Source: Escherichia phage D108 | Sequence record: NC_013594.1 | Strand: one strand, 5' to 3' | Length of the DNA stretch: 37,235 nt | Shown: positions 1-9,225 of the stretch, one piece after another | Layout: every line of letters starts with the position of its first letter | Position numbering within the stretch: the stretch's first letter is position 1 | Notes under the pieces: model-generated | Told to the model about the DNA's origin: nothing | What the model saw: the letters and a program-made list of their open reading frames with translations, nothing else | Database searches by the model: none | Position numbers and translations under genes: made by a program

Positions 1-175
1 TGTATTGATTCACTTGAAGTACGAAAAAAACCGGGAGGACATTGGATTATTCGGTATTTGGCGGGATTAGATTTAGTGGGGCTTGCAAGCCTGTAGGACA
101 GATTTTAGCCGTTACATCTTGAAACGCGAAAGATTGTTGGAAACAGCTTTTGATTCATTAAAGACACGAAAAGCA
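1..175. repeat. Left end (attL) with three transposase-binding sites: L1 ~1-30, L2 ~114-135, L3 ~151-175
   Basis: Each site carries the ACGAAA(A/G)/GCGAAAG core: tgtattgattcacttgaagtacgaaaaaaa; tcttgaaacgcgaaagattg; ttgattcattaaagacacgaaaagc. Spacing resembles Mu L1-L3. Confidence 0.75.
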
Positions 176-339
176 ATTACTTCACGCATCATTTCAAGTA
201 CAGCTTCAAAAATGCTTCAAAAACGGTAACAACCAGGCTTTCAGCAAGTGATGTGTGTCAAAAACAATCATCACTGTTTGGGTATCTTACATATGTAATT
301 ACCTGGAGTGAAGTTTATGTCTTAGCTATTACCTGGTTG

Positions 340-864
340 TTATACAGCTTTCTTTACATCGTTTTCTCTTACAGGGAAATTATGTTCTTTGCCTTCATAC
401 TGAGACAAAATCTCTCTCACTTTTTCCGGTGGTAATGCCTGAAGAGTTTGCAGGGTTTTCTGTTGCTCCACAGTAATCCCTAATGCCTCTAATGCCTTAT
501 CTTTACTGACAATTGTAGGCATAAGTCCTTTAATCCCTGCTACACGAATGATCTCCACTGCTGCGGCCTGCTCATCTGGTGTTAAGAAACTCATTGCATA
601 AATTAGCCTCTCATCAACTGTATGGACGATTGATGTATGCACTGGTTTATCAGAAAGTGAGGCTCCTTTAATGGCCCTGCGTGTTTCTTCTGGCAGACTG
701 TTGATGTGATACTCATTAGCGACACCTTTCCCACCGTGACGCTGACGTTTTACCCAATCTTCCGCCACAGCTTTCCTGGTAATGTTAGTCGCCAACTTTG
801 GTACACCAGGCATCCCTTCCAGCTCTTTCGCATTAAACCATTCTTTGATTTCAAAAGACATCAT
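340..864 (-). CDS. c: Immunity repressor c (174 aa), Mu/D108 repressor family
   Basis: Leftward ORF at the left end, divergent from ner. N-terminus ([26 protein letters not shown]...W..RQ..G.KGV) is clearly paralogous to the N-terminal DNA-binding domain of the transposase encoded at 1279. Confidence 0.85.
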   Translation of the reverse strand: MMSFEIKEWFNAKELEGMPGVPKLATNITRKAVAEDWVKRQRHGGKGVANEYHINSLPEETRRAIKGASLSDKPVHTSIVHTVDERLIYAMSFLTPDEQAAAVEIIRVAGIKGLMPTIVSKDKALEALGITVEQQKTLQTLQALPPEKVREILSQYEGKEHNFPVRENDVKKAV

Positions 865-1049
865 TTAAAATCCTAGTGATTTCAATAGAGACAAAATAAA
901 TTCATATAAAAATCATGCTGTTATATGAAATCATGATAAATCCTTTCAAATCACTATTGATTTAAAAATGATTCCACACTACATTGCACGATATGCCGTG
1001 AGCTACTTTATAGCGTAGCTCACGGGGGAATCTGAAAGGATTACATGAA
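865..1049. promoter_or_regulatory. Early operator/promoter region (Pe/Pc with repressor operators; transposition enhancer expected here)
   Basis: AT-rich 185-bp divergent intergenic region between c and ner with repeated TGATTTCA/TGAAATCA-type elements (878-885, 926-933, 947-963). Position corresponds to Mu O1-O3. Individual sites not resolved. Confidence 0.6.
996..1025. promoter_or_regulatory. Perfect 11-bp inverted repeat (ccgtgagctac-N8-gtagctcacgg) in the ner leader
   Basis: Read directly from the sequence; ends 25 bp upstream of the ner start. Candidate Ner or repressor binding site, or leader RNA hairpin. Confidence 0.5.
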
Positions 1050-1271
1050 ATGCATATGAATAAAAGAACTAACCGCCAAGATTGGCACAGAGCTGACATC
1101 GTTGCAGAGCTACGAAAACGCAATATGTCACTAGCTGAATTGGGAAGATCTAATCATCTTTCGTCTTCAACATTAAAAAATGCTTTGGATAAGAGATATC
1201 CGAAAGCGGAGAAAATCATTGCAGATGCACTGGGAATGACACCGCAAGATATTTGGCCGTCTCGATACTAG
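1050..1271 (+). CDS. ner: Ner, Nlp/Ner-family DNA-binding early regulator (73 aa)
   Basis: Small HTH protein with [13 protein letters not shown]...[13 protein letters not shown], typical of Ner/Nlp; first rightward gene after the operator; SD AAAGGA upstream. Confidence 0.85.
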   Translation: MHMNKRTNRQDWHRADIVAELRKRNMSLAELGRSNHLSSSTLKNALDKRYPKAEKIIADALGMTPQDIWPSRY

Positions 1272-1278
1272 GTGCGCT

Positions 1279-3267
1279 ATGAAAGAATGGTATACAGCAA
1301 AAGAGTTGCTCGGTTTGGCAGGTTTACCAAAGCAAGCCACTAACATTACACGTAAGGCACAAAGAGAAGGCTGGGAGTTCAGGCAGGTTGCAGGGACTAA
1401 AGGTGTATCATTTGAATTCAATATCAAATCATTCCCTGTCGCATTACGTGCTGAAATTCTGTTGCAACAAGGGAGAATTGAAACAAGTCAGGGGTATTTT
1501 GAAATCGCCCGCCCCACGCTGGAAGCCCATGATTATGATCGTGAGGCACTGTGGAGCAAATGGGATAACGCCAGCGATTCCCAGCGCAGACTTGCTGAAA
1601 AATGGTTGCCTGCGGTTCAGGCTGCAGACGAAATGCTGAACCAGGGGATTTCAACGAAAACGGCTTTTGCGACCGTTGCAGGGCATTACCAGGTCAGCGC
1701 ATCCACTTTGCGGGACAAGTATTACCAGGTACAGAAGTTTGCGAAGCCTGACTGGGCGGCTGCACTTGTTGATGGACGTGGAGCATCCCGTCGCAATGTT
1801 CACAAAAGTGAATTTGACGAGGATGCCTGGCAGTTTCTGATTGCAGATTATCTGCGACCGGAAAAACCCGCCTTCCGCAAATGTTATGAGCGTCTGGAAC
1901 TGGCAGCCCGCGAGCATGGCTGGAGTATTCCCTCCCGTGCCACGGCCTTTCGCCGGATTCAGCAACTGGACGAGGCAATGGTTGTTGCCTGTCGTGAAGG
2001 TGAACATGCACTGATGCATCTGATACCGGCACAGCAGCGAACTGTGGAACACCTGGACGCCATGCAGTGGATCAACGGCGACGGTTATCTGCATAACGTC
2101 TTTGTACGCTGGTTTAACGGTGATGTGATCCGTCCGAAAACATGGTTCTGGCAGGATGTGAAAACCCGAAAAATTCTGGGCTGGCGCTGCGATGTGAGCG
2201 AGAACATTGATTCAATTCGCCTCTCGTTCATGGATGTTGTGACTCGCTACGGTATCCCGGAGGATTTTCACATCACCATTGATAACACCCGTGGTGCTGC
2301 GAATAAATGGCTGACGGGAGGCGCGCCCAATCGCTACCGCTTTAAGGTAAAAGAGGACGATCCAAAAGGACTGTTTTTACTGATGGGGGCGAAAATGCAC
2401 TGGACAAGCGTTGTTGCCGGTAAAGGCTGGGGCCAGGCAAAACCTGTTGAACGTGCTTTCGGTGTTGGTGGGCTTGAGGAATACGTTGATAAGCATCCGG
2501 CACTGGCTGGCGCATATACGGGGCCTAATCCGCAGGCAAAACCTGATAACTATGGCGACCGCGCTGTTGATGCAGAGCTGTTTCTGAAAACCCTTGCCGA
2601 AGGTGTGGCGATGTTCAATGCCAGAACAGGCCGTGAAACAGAAATGTGCGGAGGCAAACTTTCGTTTGATGACGTTTTTGAGCGTGAATACGCCAGAACG
2701 ATTGTGCGTAAGCCTACCGAAGAGCAAAAACGGATGCTGTTACTGCCTGCCGAGGCAGTGAACGTTTCACGTAAAGGCGAGTTCGCGCTTAAAGTTGGTG
2801 GCTCCCTTAAAGGTGCGAAAAACGTTTATTACAACATGGCGTTAATGAATGCCGGAGTAAAAAAAGTTGTGGTCAGATTTGATCCACAGCAGTTACACAG
2901 CACGGTTTATTGCTACACCCTTGACGGTCGGTTTATCTGTGAAGCGGAATGTCTGGCACCTGTTGCGTTTAATGATGCTGCGGCAGGCCGTGAATATCGC
3001 CGTCGCCAGAAACAACTGAAATCTGCGACGAAAGCAGCAATTAAGGCACAGAAACAAATGGATGCACTGGAAGTGGCAGAGCTGCTGCCGCAGATAGCCG
3101 AACCTGAAGCACCAGAATCACGAATTGTCGGCATTTTCCGGCCTTCCGGTAATACGGAACGAGTGAAGAATCAGGAGCGTGATGATGAATACGAAACTGA
3201 GCGTGATGAATATCTGAATCATTCGCTGGATATTCTGGAACAGAACAGACGTAAAAAAGCCATTTAA
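1279..3267 (+). CDS. A: DDE transposase MuA (662 aa)
   Basis: Mu-repressor-like N-terminal DNA-binding domain; DDE catalytic context present ([30 protein letters not shown]); size and position match MuA. Confidence 0.95.
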   Translation: MKEWYTAKELLGLAGLPKQATNITRKAQREGWEFRQVAGTKGVSFEFNIKSFPVALRAEILLQQGRIETSQGYFEIARPTLEAHDYDREALWSKWDNASDSQRRLAEKWLPAVQAADEMLNQGISTKTAFATVAGHYQVSASTLRDKYYQVQKFAKPDWAAALVDGRGASRRNVHKSEFDEDAWQFLIADYLRPEKPAFRKCYERLELAAREHGWSIPSRATAFRRIQQLDEAMVVACREGEHALMHLIPAQQRTVEHLDAMQWINGDGYLHNVFVRWFNGDVIRPKTWFWQDVKTRKILGWRCDVSENIDSIRLSFMDVVTRYGIPEDFHITIDNTRGAANKWLTGGAPNRYRFKVKEDDPKGLFLLMGAKMHWTSVVAGKGWGQAKPVERAFGVGGLEEYVDKHPALAGAYTGPNPQAKPDNYGDRAVDAELFLKTLAEGVAMFNARTGRETEMCGGKLSFDDVFEREYARTIVRKPTEEQKRMLLLPAEAVNVSRKGEFALKVGGSLKGAKNVYYNMALMNAGVKKVVVRFDPQQLHSTVYCYTLDGRFICEAECLAPVAFNDAAAGREYRRRQKQLKSATKAAIKAQKQMDALEVAELLPQIAEPEAPESRIVGIFRPSGNTERVKNQERDDEYETERDEYLNHSLDILEQNRRKKAI

Positions 3268-3305
3268 TTAACGTTTAAACAAAATTTAATTACGAGGTTA
3301 TTCAG

Positions 3306-4244
3306 ATGAATATTTCCGATATTCGCGCAGGACTGCGCACGCTTGTAGAAAATGAAGAAACCACCTTTAAACAAATTGCTCTTGAGAGCGGACTTTCTAC
3401 CGGAACTATCAGTAGTTTTATCAATGATAAGTACAACGGGGATAACGAGCGTGTTTCACAAATGCTGCAACGCTGGCTGGAAAAATATCATGCAGTTGCA
3501 GAACTACCTGAACCGCCCCGCTTTGTGGAAACGCAGACGGTAAAACAAATCTGGACAAGTATGCGTTTTGCCAGCCTGACTGAAAGTATTGCTGTTGTAT
3601 GTGGCAATCCTGGTGTGGGCAAAACCGAAGCGGCCCGTGAATATCGCCGCACCAATAACAATGTCTGGATGATCACCATTACGCCATCCTGTGCCAGCGT
3701 TCTGGAATGTCTTACTGAACTGGCGTTTGAGCTGGGAATGAATGACGCACCACGCCGTAAAGGGCCGCTCTCCCGCGCCCTGCGACGTCGCCTTGAAGGT
3801 ACACAGGGGCTGGTTATCATCGACGAAGCTGATCATCTTGGTGCCGAAGTTCTGGAAGAACTCCGCCTGTTACAGGAATCAACCCGCACTGGCCTTGTGC
3901 TGATGGGAAATCACCGGGTTTATTCAAATATGACGGGGGGTAACAGAACGGTTGAATTTGCCCGTCTGTTTTCCCGTATTGCAAAGCGCACTGCAATTAA
4001 TAAAACCAAAAAAGCCGATGTAAAAGCTATTGCGGATGCCTGGCAGATTAACGGCGAAAATGAACTGGAGTTATTACAGCAGATTGCGCAGAAACCAGGT
4101 GCGCTTCGCATTCTGAATCATTCACTTCGCCTTGCCGCCATGACGGCTCACGGTAAAGGTGAGCGTGTTAACGAAGATTATCTGCGTCAGGCTTTCCGTG
4201 AATTAGACCTGGACGTTGATATTTCAACGCTGCTGCGTAATTAA
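3306..4244 (+). CDS. B: MuB AAA+ ATPase, transposition target-DNA activator (312 aa)
   Basis: Walker A GNPGVGKT and Walker B LVIIDEADHL; immediately downstream of A. Confidence 0.95.
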   Translation: MNISDIRAGLRTLVENEETTFKQIALESGLSTGTISSFINDKYNGDNERVSQMLQRWLEKYHAVAELPEPPRFVETQTVKQIWTSMRFASLTESIAVVCGNPGVGKTEAAREYRRTNNNVWMITITPSCASVLECLTELAFELGMNDAPRRKGPLSRALRRRLEGTQGLVIIDEADHLGAEVLEELRLLQESTRTGLVLMGNHRVYSNMTGGNRTVEFARLFSRIAKRTAINKTKKADVKAIADAWQINGENELELLQQIAQKPGALRILNHSLRLAAMTAHGKGERVNEDYLRQAFRELDLDVDISTLLRN

Positions 4245-4259
4245 GAAGGAGAAGAAATT

Positions 4260-4487
4260 ATGATGGCCCGAAATATAAAAATGGCAACGGATGCGCAGAA
4301 CTGGTTACAGGCGCGCGGGAGTCATGTAAATGAATCATATCTCGGCGTGGCGCGTCCGATTCTTGAAATCACTTACCCACCGGTGGAACTGGTAAAAAAC
4401 GCGGTCAGGATTATGGAGCATAAGTCCGGGGTGGCCCGTTCTGTATGGACGGCCCGTCTTAATGGTTGTCAGATTATCTGGAGATAA
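4260..4487 (+). CDS. Kil-like small early protein (75 aa), assigned by position after B
   Basis: Strong SD AAGGAGAAG before the ATG; first gene of the semi-essential region where Mu kil maps. Assignment is by synteny only. Confidence 0.5.
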
Positions 4488-4489
4488 CG

Positions 4490-4711
4490 ATGTGTATTAA
4501 AGCTGAAAAATATATTGAATGGGTTAAACACTGTCAGTGCCACGGGGTGCCGCTGACGACATATAAATGCCCCGGATGCGGTGAACAGATTATGACGCAA
4601 TGCTCACACGAAAAGGAAATTTGGGATTCCCTGACATGTTGTCCGTGGTGCAGCGCAGTTTTCTTTAAGCAGGTAAAAGGCGCGAAGGTAAAAGCCAGCG
4701 CAGTTATTTAG
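4490..4711 (+). CDS. Cys-rich zinc-ribbon-like small early protein (73 aa)
   Basis: ATG at 4490 directly after the preceding stop with GGAG upstream; CPGC...CPWC cysteine pairs. Confidence 0.6.
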   Translation: MCIKAEKYIEWVKHCQCHGVPLTTYKCPGCGEQIMTQCSHEKEIWDSLTCCPWCSAVFFKQVKGAKVKASAVI

Positions 4712-4731
4712 AATCAATAAGGAGAAGAAAA

Positions 4732-5001
4732 ATGGCAAAAGTAATCTTTGAATTTAACAATACAAGAAATATTGAGTTTCAGGAAAATGGAGGTTTTGCC
4801 GTAAATATGAATGTGCGACTGGAAGAATCCTCACCTGAGGACCAGACCGGGCCACATGATGTAATGGCAGGCATCATCAAGAGCATGGCTCCTGAAATCA
4901 TTAAAAAAGCGACCGAGGAGTTGTTGAAATCAGCCAGGGAGCTTGGGCTGGAAGCCGAGGGGGAATTATTCAGCTATAACCCGAATACAGCCAGACATTA
5001 A
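4732..5001 (+). CDS. Hypothetical early protein (89 aa)
   Basis: SD AAGGAGAAG upstream; tightly packed in the early operon. Confidence 0.6.
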   Translation: MAKVIFEFNNTRNIEFQENGGFAVNMNVRLEESSPEDQTGPHDVMAGIIKSMAPEIIKKATEELLKSARELGLEAEGELFSYNPNTARH

Positions 5002-5021
5002 TTCGCAAAGGAACGCTGACA

Positions 5022-5441
5022 ATGAACGTCAAAATCCGAAATGAAATTCAGGCATTAATCCGAATTCAGGAACGCAATAACAACGGTGGTGAATTACGCG
5101 AGTTTATTTGCGCCCGGAAAGTTGATGATTGTGGTGAAAAGACTTACCTGATTGCTTTCGACCATTACAGCATTTGTGCGCGTTATTGCGGCGAAAGCAT
5201 ATCCCGCGCCATTGCATTTGGCGGTGCGTTCAACGTGGATTTATGGGAGTACGTCATGGACCGGGAATACATCTGCGCATCAGACCCTGAGGCCCGTGAA
5301 ATGTGGCAGCGTATCTGGCGCGATTACCGGTTAATGGCAAAAGGCTGGGCGCGCTGCTGTTATTCCTCGCTTGCCCTGAAAGCGGTTCAGTTATCGCTGC
5401 GGCATATTCCGGCATCACTGCGCGAGCCTCTGCTGTACTGA
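5022..5441 (+). CDS. Hypothetical Cys-containing early protein (139 aa)
   Basis: ORF with SD (AAAGGAACG); operon context. Confidence 0.6.
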   Translation: MNVKIRNEIQALIRIQERNNNGGELREFICARKVDDCGEKTYLIAFDHYSICARYCGESISRAIAFGGAFNVDLWEYVMDREYICASDPEAREMWQRIWRDYRLMAKGWARCCYSSLALKAVQLSLRHIPASLREPLLY

Positions 5442-5741
5442 ATGGTGGCTGACATGAAGTGTAATCGTAAGCGCTGGTCACGCGAAGACCGGGAATTTAT
5501 CGAAGCCAACGTCGGGAAAATGACCGTTGAAGAAATGGCGGAAAAACTGAAAGTCGCCACAACCGCCCTCCGGGCACATGCCAGAAGGCACGGAATATCA
5601 TTGTGTGTATACCGAATCAGTGAACACGACAAATATTTATGTCGTGAACTTTATAAAGAAGGGCTGGATATTCATGTCATTGCCCGAAAGATGGAATTAA
5701 GCAATCGAGCTGTATCCAGCATTGTATACAGCGGATATTAA
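5442..5741 (+). CDS. Hypothetical early protein with HTH-like segments (99 aa; alternative start at 5454)
   Basis: Two helix-turn-helix-like stretches (MTVEEMAEKLKVATTALRAHARRHGI; LDIHVIARKMELSNRAVSSI). Confidence 0.55.
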   Translation: MVADMKCNRKRWSREDREFIEANVGKMTVEEMAEKLKVATTALRAHARRHGISLCVYRISEHDKYLCRELYKEGLDIHVIARKMELSNRAVSSIVYSGY

Positions 5742-5760
5742 TTAACAGGAGCTTTAATTT

Positions 5761-6285
5761 ATGGCTAAACCAGCAAAACGTATCAAGAGTGCCGCAGCGG
5801 CTTATGTGCCACAAAACCGCGATGCGGTGATTACCGATATTAAACGCATCGGGGATTTACAGCGCGAAGCATCACGTCTGGAAACGGAAATGAATGATGC
5901 CATCGCGGAAATTACGGAGAAATTTGCGGCCCGGATTGCACCGATTAAAACCGATATTGAAACCCTTTCAAAAGGCGTTCAGGGATGGTGTGAAGCGAAC
6001 CGCGACGAACTGACGAACGGCGGCAAAGTGAAGACGGCGAATCTTGTCACCGGTGATGTATCGTGGCGGGTCCGTCCACCATCAGTAAGTATTCGTGGTA
6101 TGGATGCAGTGATGGAAACGCTGGAGCGTCTTGGCCTGCAACGCTTTATTCGCACGAAGCAGGAAATCAACAAGGAGGCGATTTTACTGGAACCAAAAGC
6201 CGTCGCAGGTGTTGCCGGAATTACGGTTAAATCGGGAATTGAAGATTTTTCCATTATTCCGTTTGAACAGGAAGCCGGTATTTAA
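5761..6285 (+). CDS. gam: Gam, host-nuclease inhibitor / DNA-end-binding protein (Ku-like), 174 aa
   Basis: Size and sequence character of Mu Gam; SD ACAGGAG upstream; position in the early region. Confidence 0.85.
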   Translation: MAKPAKRIKSAAAAYVPQNRDAVITDIKRIGDLQREASRLETEMNDAIAEITEKFAARIAPIKTDIETLSKGVQGWCEANRDELTNGGKVKTANLVTGDVSWRVRPPSVSIRGMDAVMETLERLGLQRFIRTKQEINKEAILLEPKAVAGVAGITVKSGIEDFSIIPFEQEAGI

Positions 6286-6383
6286 TACCACCATTAATAT
6301 TTAATTAATTCACATTCTTTTAATTATGGCGCGATGCGTCAGGGGATTGCTCGCGCCTGAAACAGATTACTGAGGAATAAAAC

Positions 6384-6914
6384 ATGGTTGATGCAAAAAT
6401 TCTGAATGGTGTCAGCACATTATTACGGGCTTACGGACGCCTGACCTGCGGGGTTCTGGCTGAAAAAATGCAGATGCCATCCTCCGCAATGGTGTACTTC
6501 CTGCGTGATGCGGTTGATGCCGGAATGCTGACTGAACTTAATGGTTTTTACGACGTACCGCGTCCCCGTACAGAGCAGCCTGTAAGACGAAACGCAACTG
6601 AGCAGTCTGCTGTTGATGATGCCGCGTGGTGTTCCTTCCGCCGCCCATTGCCCTGGCTGGAAGGCAATGCCATTCCGGCACTGGCAAAAGAATTTGCAAC
6701 AGGCGTGCTGACCTGTGAATCCGTTCACATCGTTGCAGAAGTGGACAACAGAATGTGCGAACAGGGAATGCCCCGTTTTGTGATGGCTTATATCGATATC
6801 CGGCTGGGGCGTTTTATTTGCAGTTCCAGCGCCTGGAATATCACCGACCATGTACTGCGTTATCTCATTCTTGATTGTTCTCCGGCTCCCGCAGCGGTGC
6901 AGGAGGTGGCGTGA
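6384..6914 (+). CDS. Hypothetical early protein with winged-helix-like N-terminus (176 aa)
   Basis: SD GAGGAA upstream; N-terminal segment LLRAYGRLTCGVLAEKMQMPSSAMVYFLRDAVDAGML resembles a winged-helix DNA-binding domain. Confidence 0.6.
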   Translation: MVDAKILNGVSTLLRAYGRLTCGVLAEKMQMPSSAMVYFLRDAVDAGMLTELNGFYDVPRPRTEQPVRRNATEQSAVDDAAWCSFRRPLPWLEGNAIPALAKEFATGVLTCESVHIVAEVDNRMCEQGMPRFVMAYIDIRLGRFICSSSAWNITDHVLRYLILDCSPAPAAVQEVA

Positions 6915-7444
6915 TGTTTTTTAAAACGTCAAATCCCACAGCACTGCTGGCATGGGACCAGTTTATGGCGGACTGCCTGAAACTACGCGAAGAAGCCCGC
7001 CATCTTGATAAGGTTCTGGACTGTGGTTGCCGGTCAGTATTCAGTACAGGTATTGGTGGGCGTCATTTTCATGGCGTGAATTTTCCGGGGAATGAGCGCC
7101 CCTTCTCGCGGGAGCTGTGGACCGTACAACGGCCCGCATCAGGTAACAGTTGCAGGCCCAGAACTTCACGGATACCTGCTCATCTCAGGGAGCAGGCAAG
7201 AGAGCTGGCGAAAATATGGCAGGAGAATATTCCAGTCACTTACGCCCGCACAGACGCTCTTTTACCCGCACTGGGACTGGATTTCAGCGCAACAATATTC
7301 GGGCCGCTCCAGTGGTTCCGTGTTGGTGATGTGATTTACGTCATGACGGGGATGCCCCCCGCACAAGGCCGCATGACTGAAATCCTTTCTGACGAATTTA
7401 TCCGGGCGCAAAAACAGGCAGAGGTAAACAATGGAAAACAATGA
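6914..7444 (+). CDS. Hypothetical early protein (about 176 aa; ATG overlaps upstream stop)
   Basis: ATGA-type start/stop overlap at 6912-6916; the ORF-track start at 6875 is probably an upstream extension. Confidence 0.55.
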   Translation: MFFKTSNPTALLAWDQFMADCLKLREEARHLDKVLDCGCRSVFSTGIGGRHFHGVNFPGNERPFSRELWTVQRPASGNSCRPRTSRIPAHLREQARELAKIWQENIPVTYARTDALLPALGLDFSATIFGPLQWFRVGDVIYVMTGMPPAQGRMTEILSDEFIRAQKQAEVNNGKQ

Positions 7445-7613
7445 AACATCGTATTCGTGGCTGGGGAAATTTACCACGGTGAAACAGGAATGCCCGACCT
7501 GCGGTAATGAATCTCCTGAATATCTGAAAGAGTGCCCTCATTGTGGCGGGCAGAAATGCAACCACTGCGATATGGGCGATGACACGGCGTGCATGAATTG
7601 TGAAGGTGAATAA
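7431..7613 (+). CDS. Cys-rich zinc-ribbon small protein (60 aa)
   Basis: CPTCG...CPHCGG...CNHC...CMNC motifs. Confidence 0.55.
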   Translation: MENNETSYSWLGKFTTVKQECPTCGNESPEYLKECPHCGGQKCNHCDMGDDTACMNCEGE

Positions 7614-7614
7614 T

Positions 7615-7905
7615 ATGAATAATGAAACTAAATTTACGCCTAAAGACCTGGATGAAGAACTGGTGAAAGCTAAGATGCTTGAGCGTATGCACGATGTTAT
7701 TGAGACTGCAATCAGTAAAGGCTTTTCTGCGAGAGAGGCCCTTGAAATTATGACACGGGAAATTCATCTCATACGCGACGAAGTTTTGTTGCATAACAAA
7801 AAAGCCCACAACAATATTGTTTGTCGTGAGCTTGGCGTTGATGATTCAGCGGTTATTCCACAGCGTCAGTATCTGTGTGCTCTGATGAGAGGTTCCCGGC
7901 ATTAA
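7615..7905 (+). CDS. Hypothetical early protein (96 aa)
   Basis: ATG at 7615 with SD GAAGGTGAA upstream (the track begins at an upstream GTG, 7600). Its 3' end overlaps the convergent leftward ORF by about 53 bp. Confidence 0.5.
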   Translation: MNNETKFTPKDLDEELVKAKMLERMHDVIETAISKGFSAREALEIMTREIHLIRDEVLLHNKKAHNNIVCRELGVDDSAVIPQRQYLCALMRGSRH

Positions 7906-8212
7906 CAATATCCTGCCTTGAAGCCCAGAGCTTATTGAGCAGCAGATCAACATACTCATCGGCCTCAAAATCCAGTTCTTCGAACGTTTTTCGGTTCTTA
8001 TAGCTGGCCTGTGTATTTCTGATGATGTCATAAGCATCGTGCATGTTGATAACACCGTTTTCAATCAGCTTAATCATCAGATTACCGACCAGCATAAAAC
8101 CGGTTATACCAAAGAATTTATCCTGGTTATTAACAGGGGTGTCTTTCTGGTTTGTTTCGAAATCTGGGTTTTGTTCATCATCCGACACCGTATGTTGTTC
8201 TTGTTCAGCCAT
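7853..8212 (-). CDS. Leftward hypothetical acidic protein (119 aa) embedded in the rightward early operon
   Basis: Clean ORF with SD (AAAGGAAATATT-ATG on the minus strand) and CTG-dominated Leu codons. No credible plus-strand ORF covers 7906-8281: the plus-frame extension upstream of gemA translates to junk. Confidence 0.55.
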   Translation of the reverse strand: MAEQEQHTVSDDEQNPDFETNQKDTPVNNQDKFFGITGFMLVGNLMIKLIENGVINMHDAYDIIRNTQASYKNRKTFEELDFEADEYVDLLLNKLWASRQDIVNAGNLSSEHTDTDAVE

Positions 8213-8281
8213 AATATTTCCTTTTATGTTATTACTGAATATGGCGGTGTTGCAGCACCGCCTCTTTCCGGAGGTACGATC

Positions 8282-8833
8282 ATGAGTCGCACATCCCTGA
8301 TTAAATTAATCCATGTCGCCCGTCGGGAGCTACAACTCGACGACGACACTTACCGCGCTTTTCTGATGCAGAAAACGGGCAAAATCAGTTGCCGCGAGCT
8401 TACGGTTACGCAACTGGAACAGGTGCTCGATGCCATGAAAGAACGCGGCTTTAAGAAGCTGAATAAATACCCCCGTCGCCGCTTTAAGGAACATGTCACA
8501 CCCCGCGAGAAGGTGTATAAAATCTGGCAGCAGATGGCAGAAGACGGTTTTATTACCGATGGCGGTGATGTGGCGCTGGATAAATATGTTCAGCGCCTGA
8601 CGGCGAAACGTAATGGCGGACAGGGTGTTTCCACGCTGGCTTGGTGCCACGGAGAATCGTTGCAAGTTGTGCTTGAAACCCTGAAACAGTGGCACATCCG
8701 CTGTATTCGTGAAGCCTTTTCCCGTCACGGGCTTCCGTTGCCGGTCAGTCCGTCCGGGCGTGAACTGCGCGGCTATGATGCCATGACGGCGGCTTATGCC
8801 CATGCCAGAAAGACACGGAGGATGGCACAATGA
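8282..8833 (+). CDS. gemA: GemA-like early protein (183 aa)
   Basis: ATG at 8282 with SD GGAGG upstream; lies immediately before mor as in Mu (the track start at 8039 is an unlikely extension). Confidence 0.7.
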   Translation: MSRTSLIKLIHVARRELQLDDDTYRAFLMQKTGKISCRELTVTQLEQVLDAMKERGFKKLNKYPRRRFKEHVTPREKVYKIWQQMAEDGFITDGGDVALDKYVQRLTAKRNGGQGVSTLAWCHGESLQVVLETLKQWHIRCIREAFSRHGLPLPVSPSGRELRGYDAMTAAYAHARKTRRMAQ

Positions 8834-9219
8834 CGGAAGATTTATTTGGTGATTTGCAGGATGACACCATCCTGGCACATCTTGACAATCCCGCAGAGGA
8901 TGCGTCACGCTTTCCGGCACTGCTGGCGGAGCTGAACGATTTACTGCGCGGGGAGTTGTCCCGGCTGGGTGTTGATCCTGCCCATTCACTGGAGATTGTT
9001 GTGGCTATCTGTAAGCATCTGGGCGGCGGTCAGGTCTACATTCCACGCGGTCAGGTTCTGGACTCGCTGATTCGGGATTTGCGTATCTGGAATGATTTTA
9101 ACGGTCGCAACGTCAGCGAACTGACCACCCGTTATGGTGTCACTTTCAATACGGTTTACAAGGCCATTCGCCGGATGCGACGGCTGAAATACCGCCAGTA
9201 CCAGCCCTCACTTCTGTAA
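8830..9219 (+). CDS. mor: Mor, middle-operon transcription activator (129 aa)
   Basis: Mor/C family; C-terminal HTH region (IPRGQVLDSLIRDLRIWNDFNGRNVSEL...) is paralogous to the C protein at 10012; last gene before the early terminator. Confidence 0.85.
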   Translation: MTEDLFGDLQDDTILAHLDNPAEDASRFPALLAELNDLLRGELSRLGVDPAHSLEIVVAICKHLGGGQVYIPRGQVLDSLIRDLRIWNDFNGRNVSELTTRYGVTFNTVYKAIRRMRRLKYRQYQPSLL

Positions 9220-9225
9220 ACAGTA

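Noticed and set aside
253-435. 60-aa plus-strand ORF in the left-end region overlapping the c repressor 3' end
   Set aside because: Lies in the attL/L3 region and overlaps c; hydrophobic junk translation; no SD.
8039-8281. Upstream in-frame extension of gemA (track ORF 8039-8833) and the 80-aa ORF at 8043-8285
   Set aside because: Translations are hydrophobic junk; gemA has a proper SD and ATG at 8282; this interval is better explained by the minus-strand ORF.
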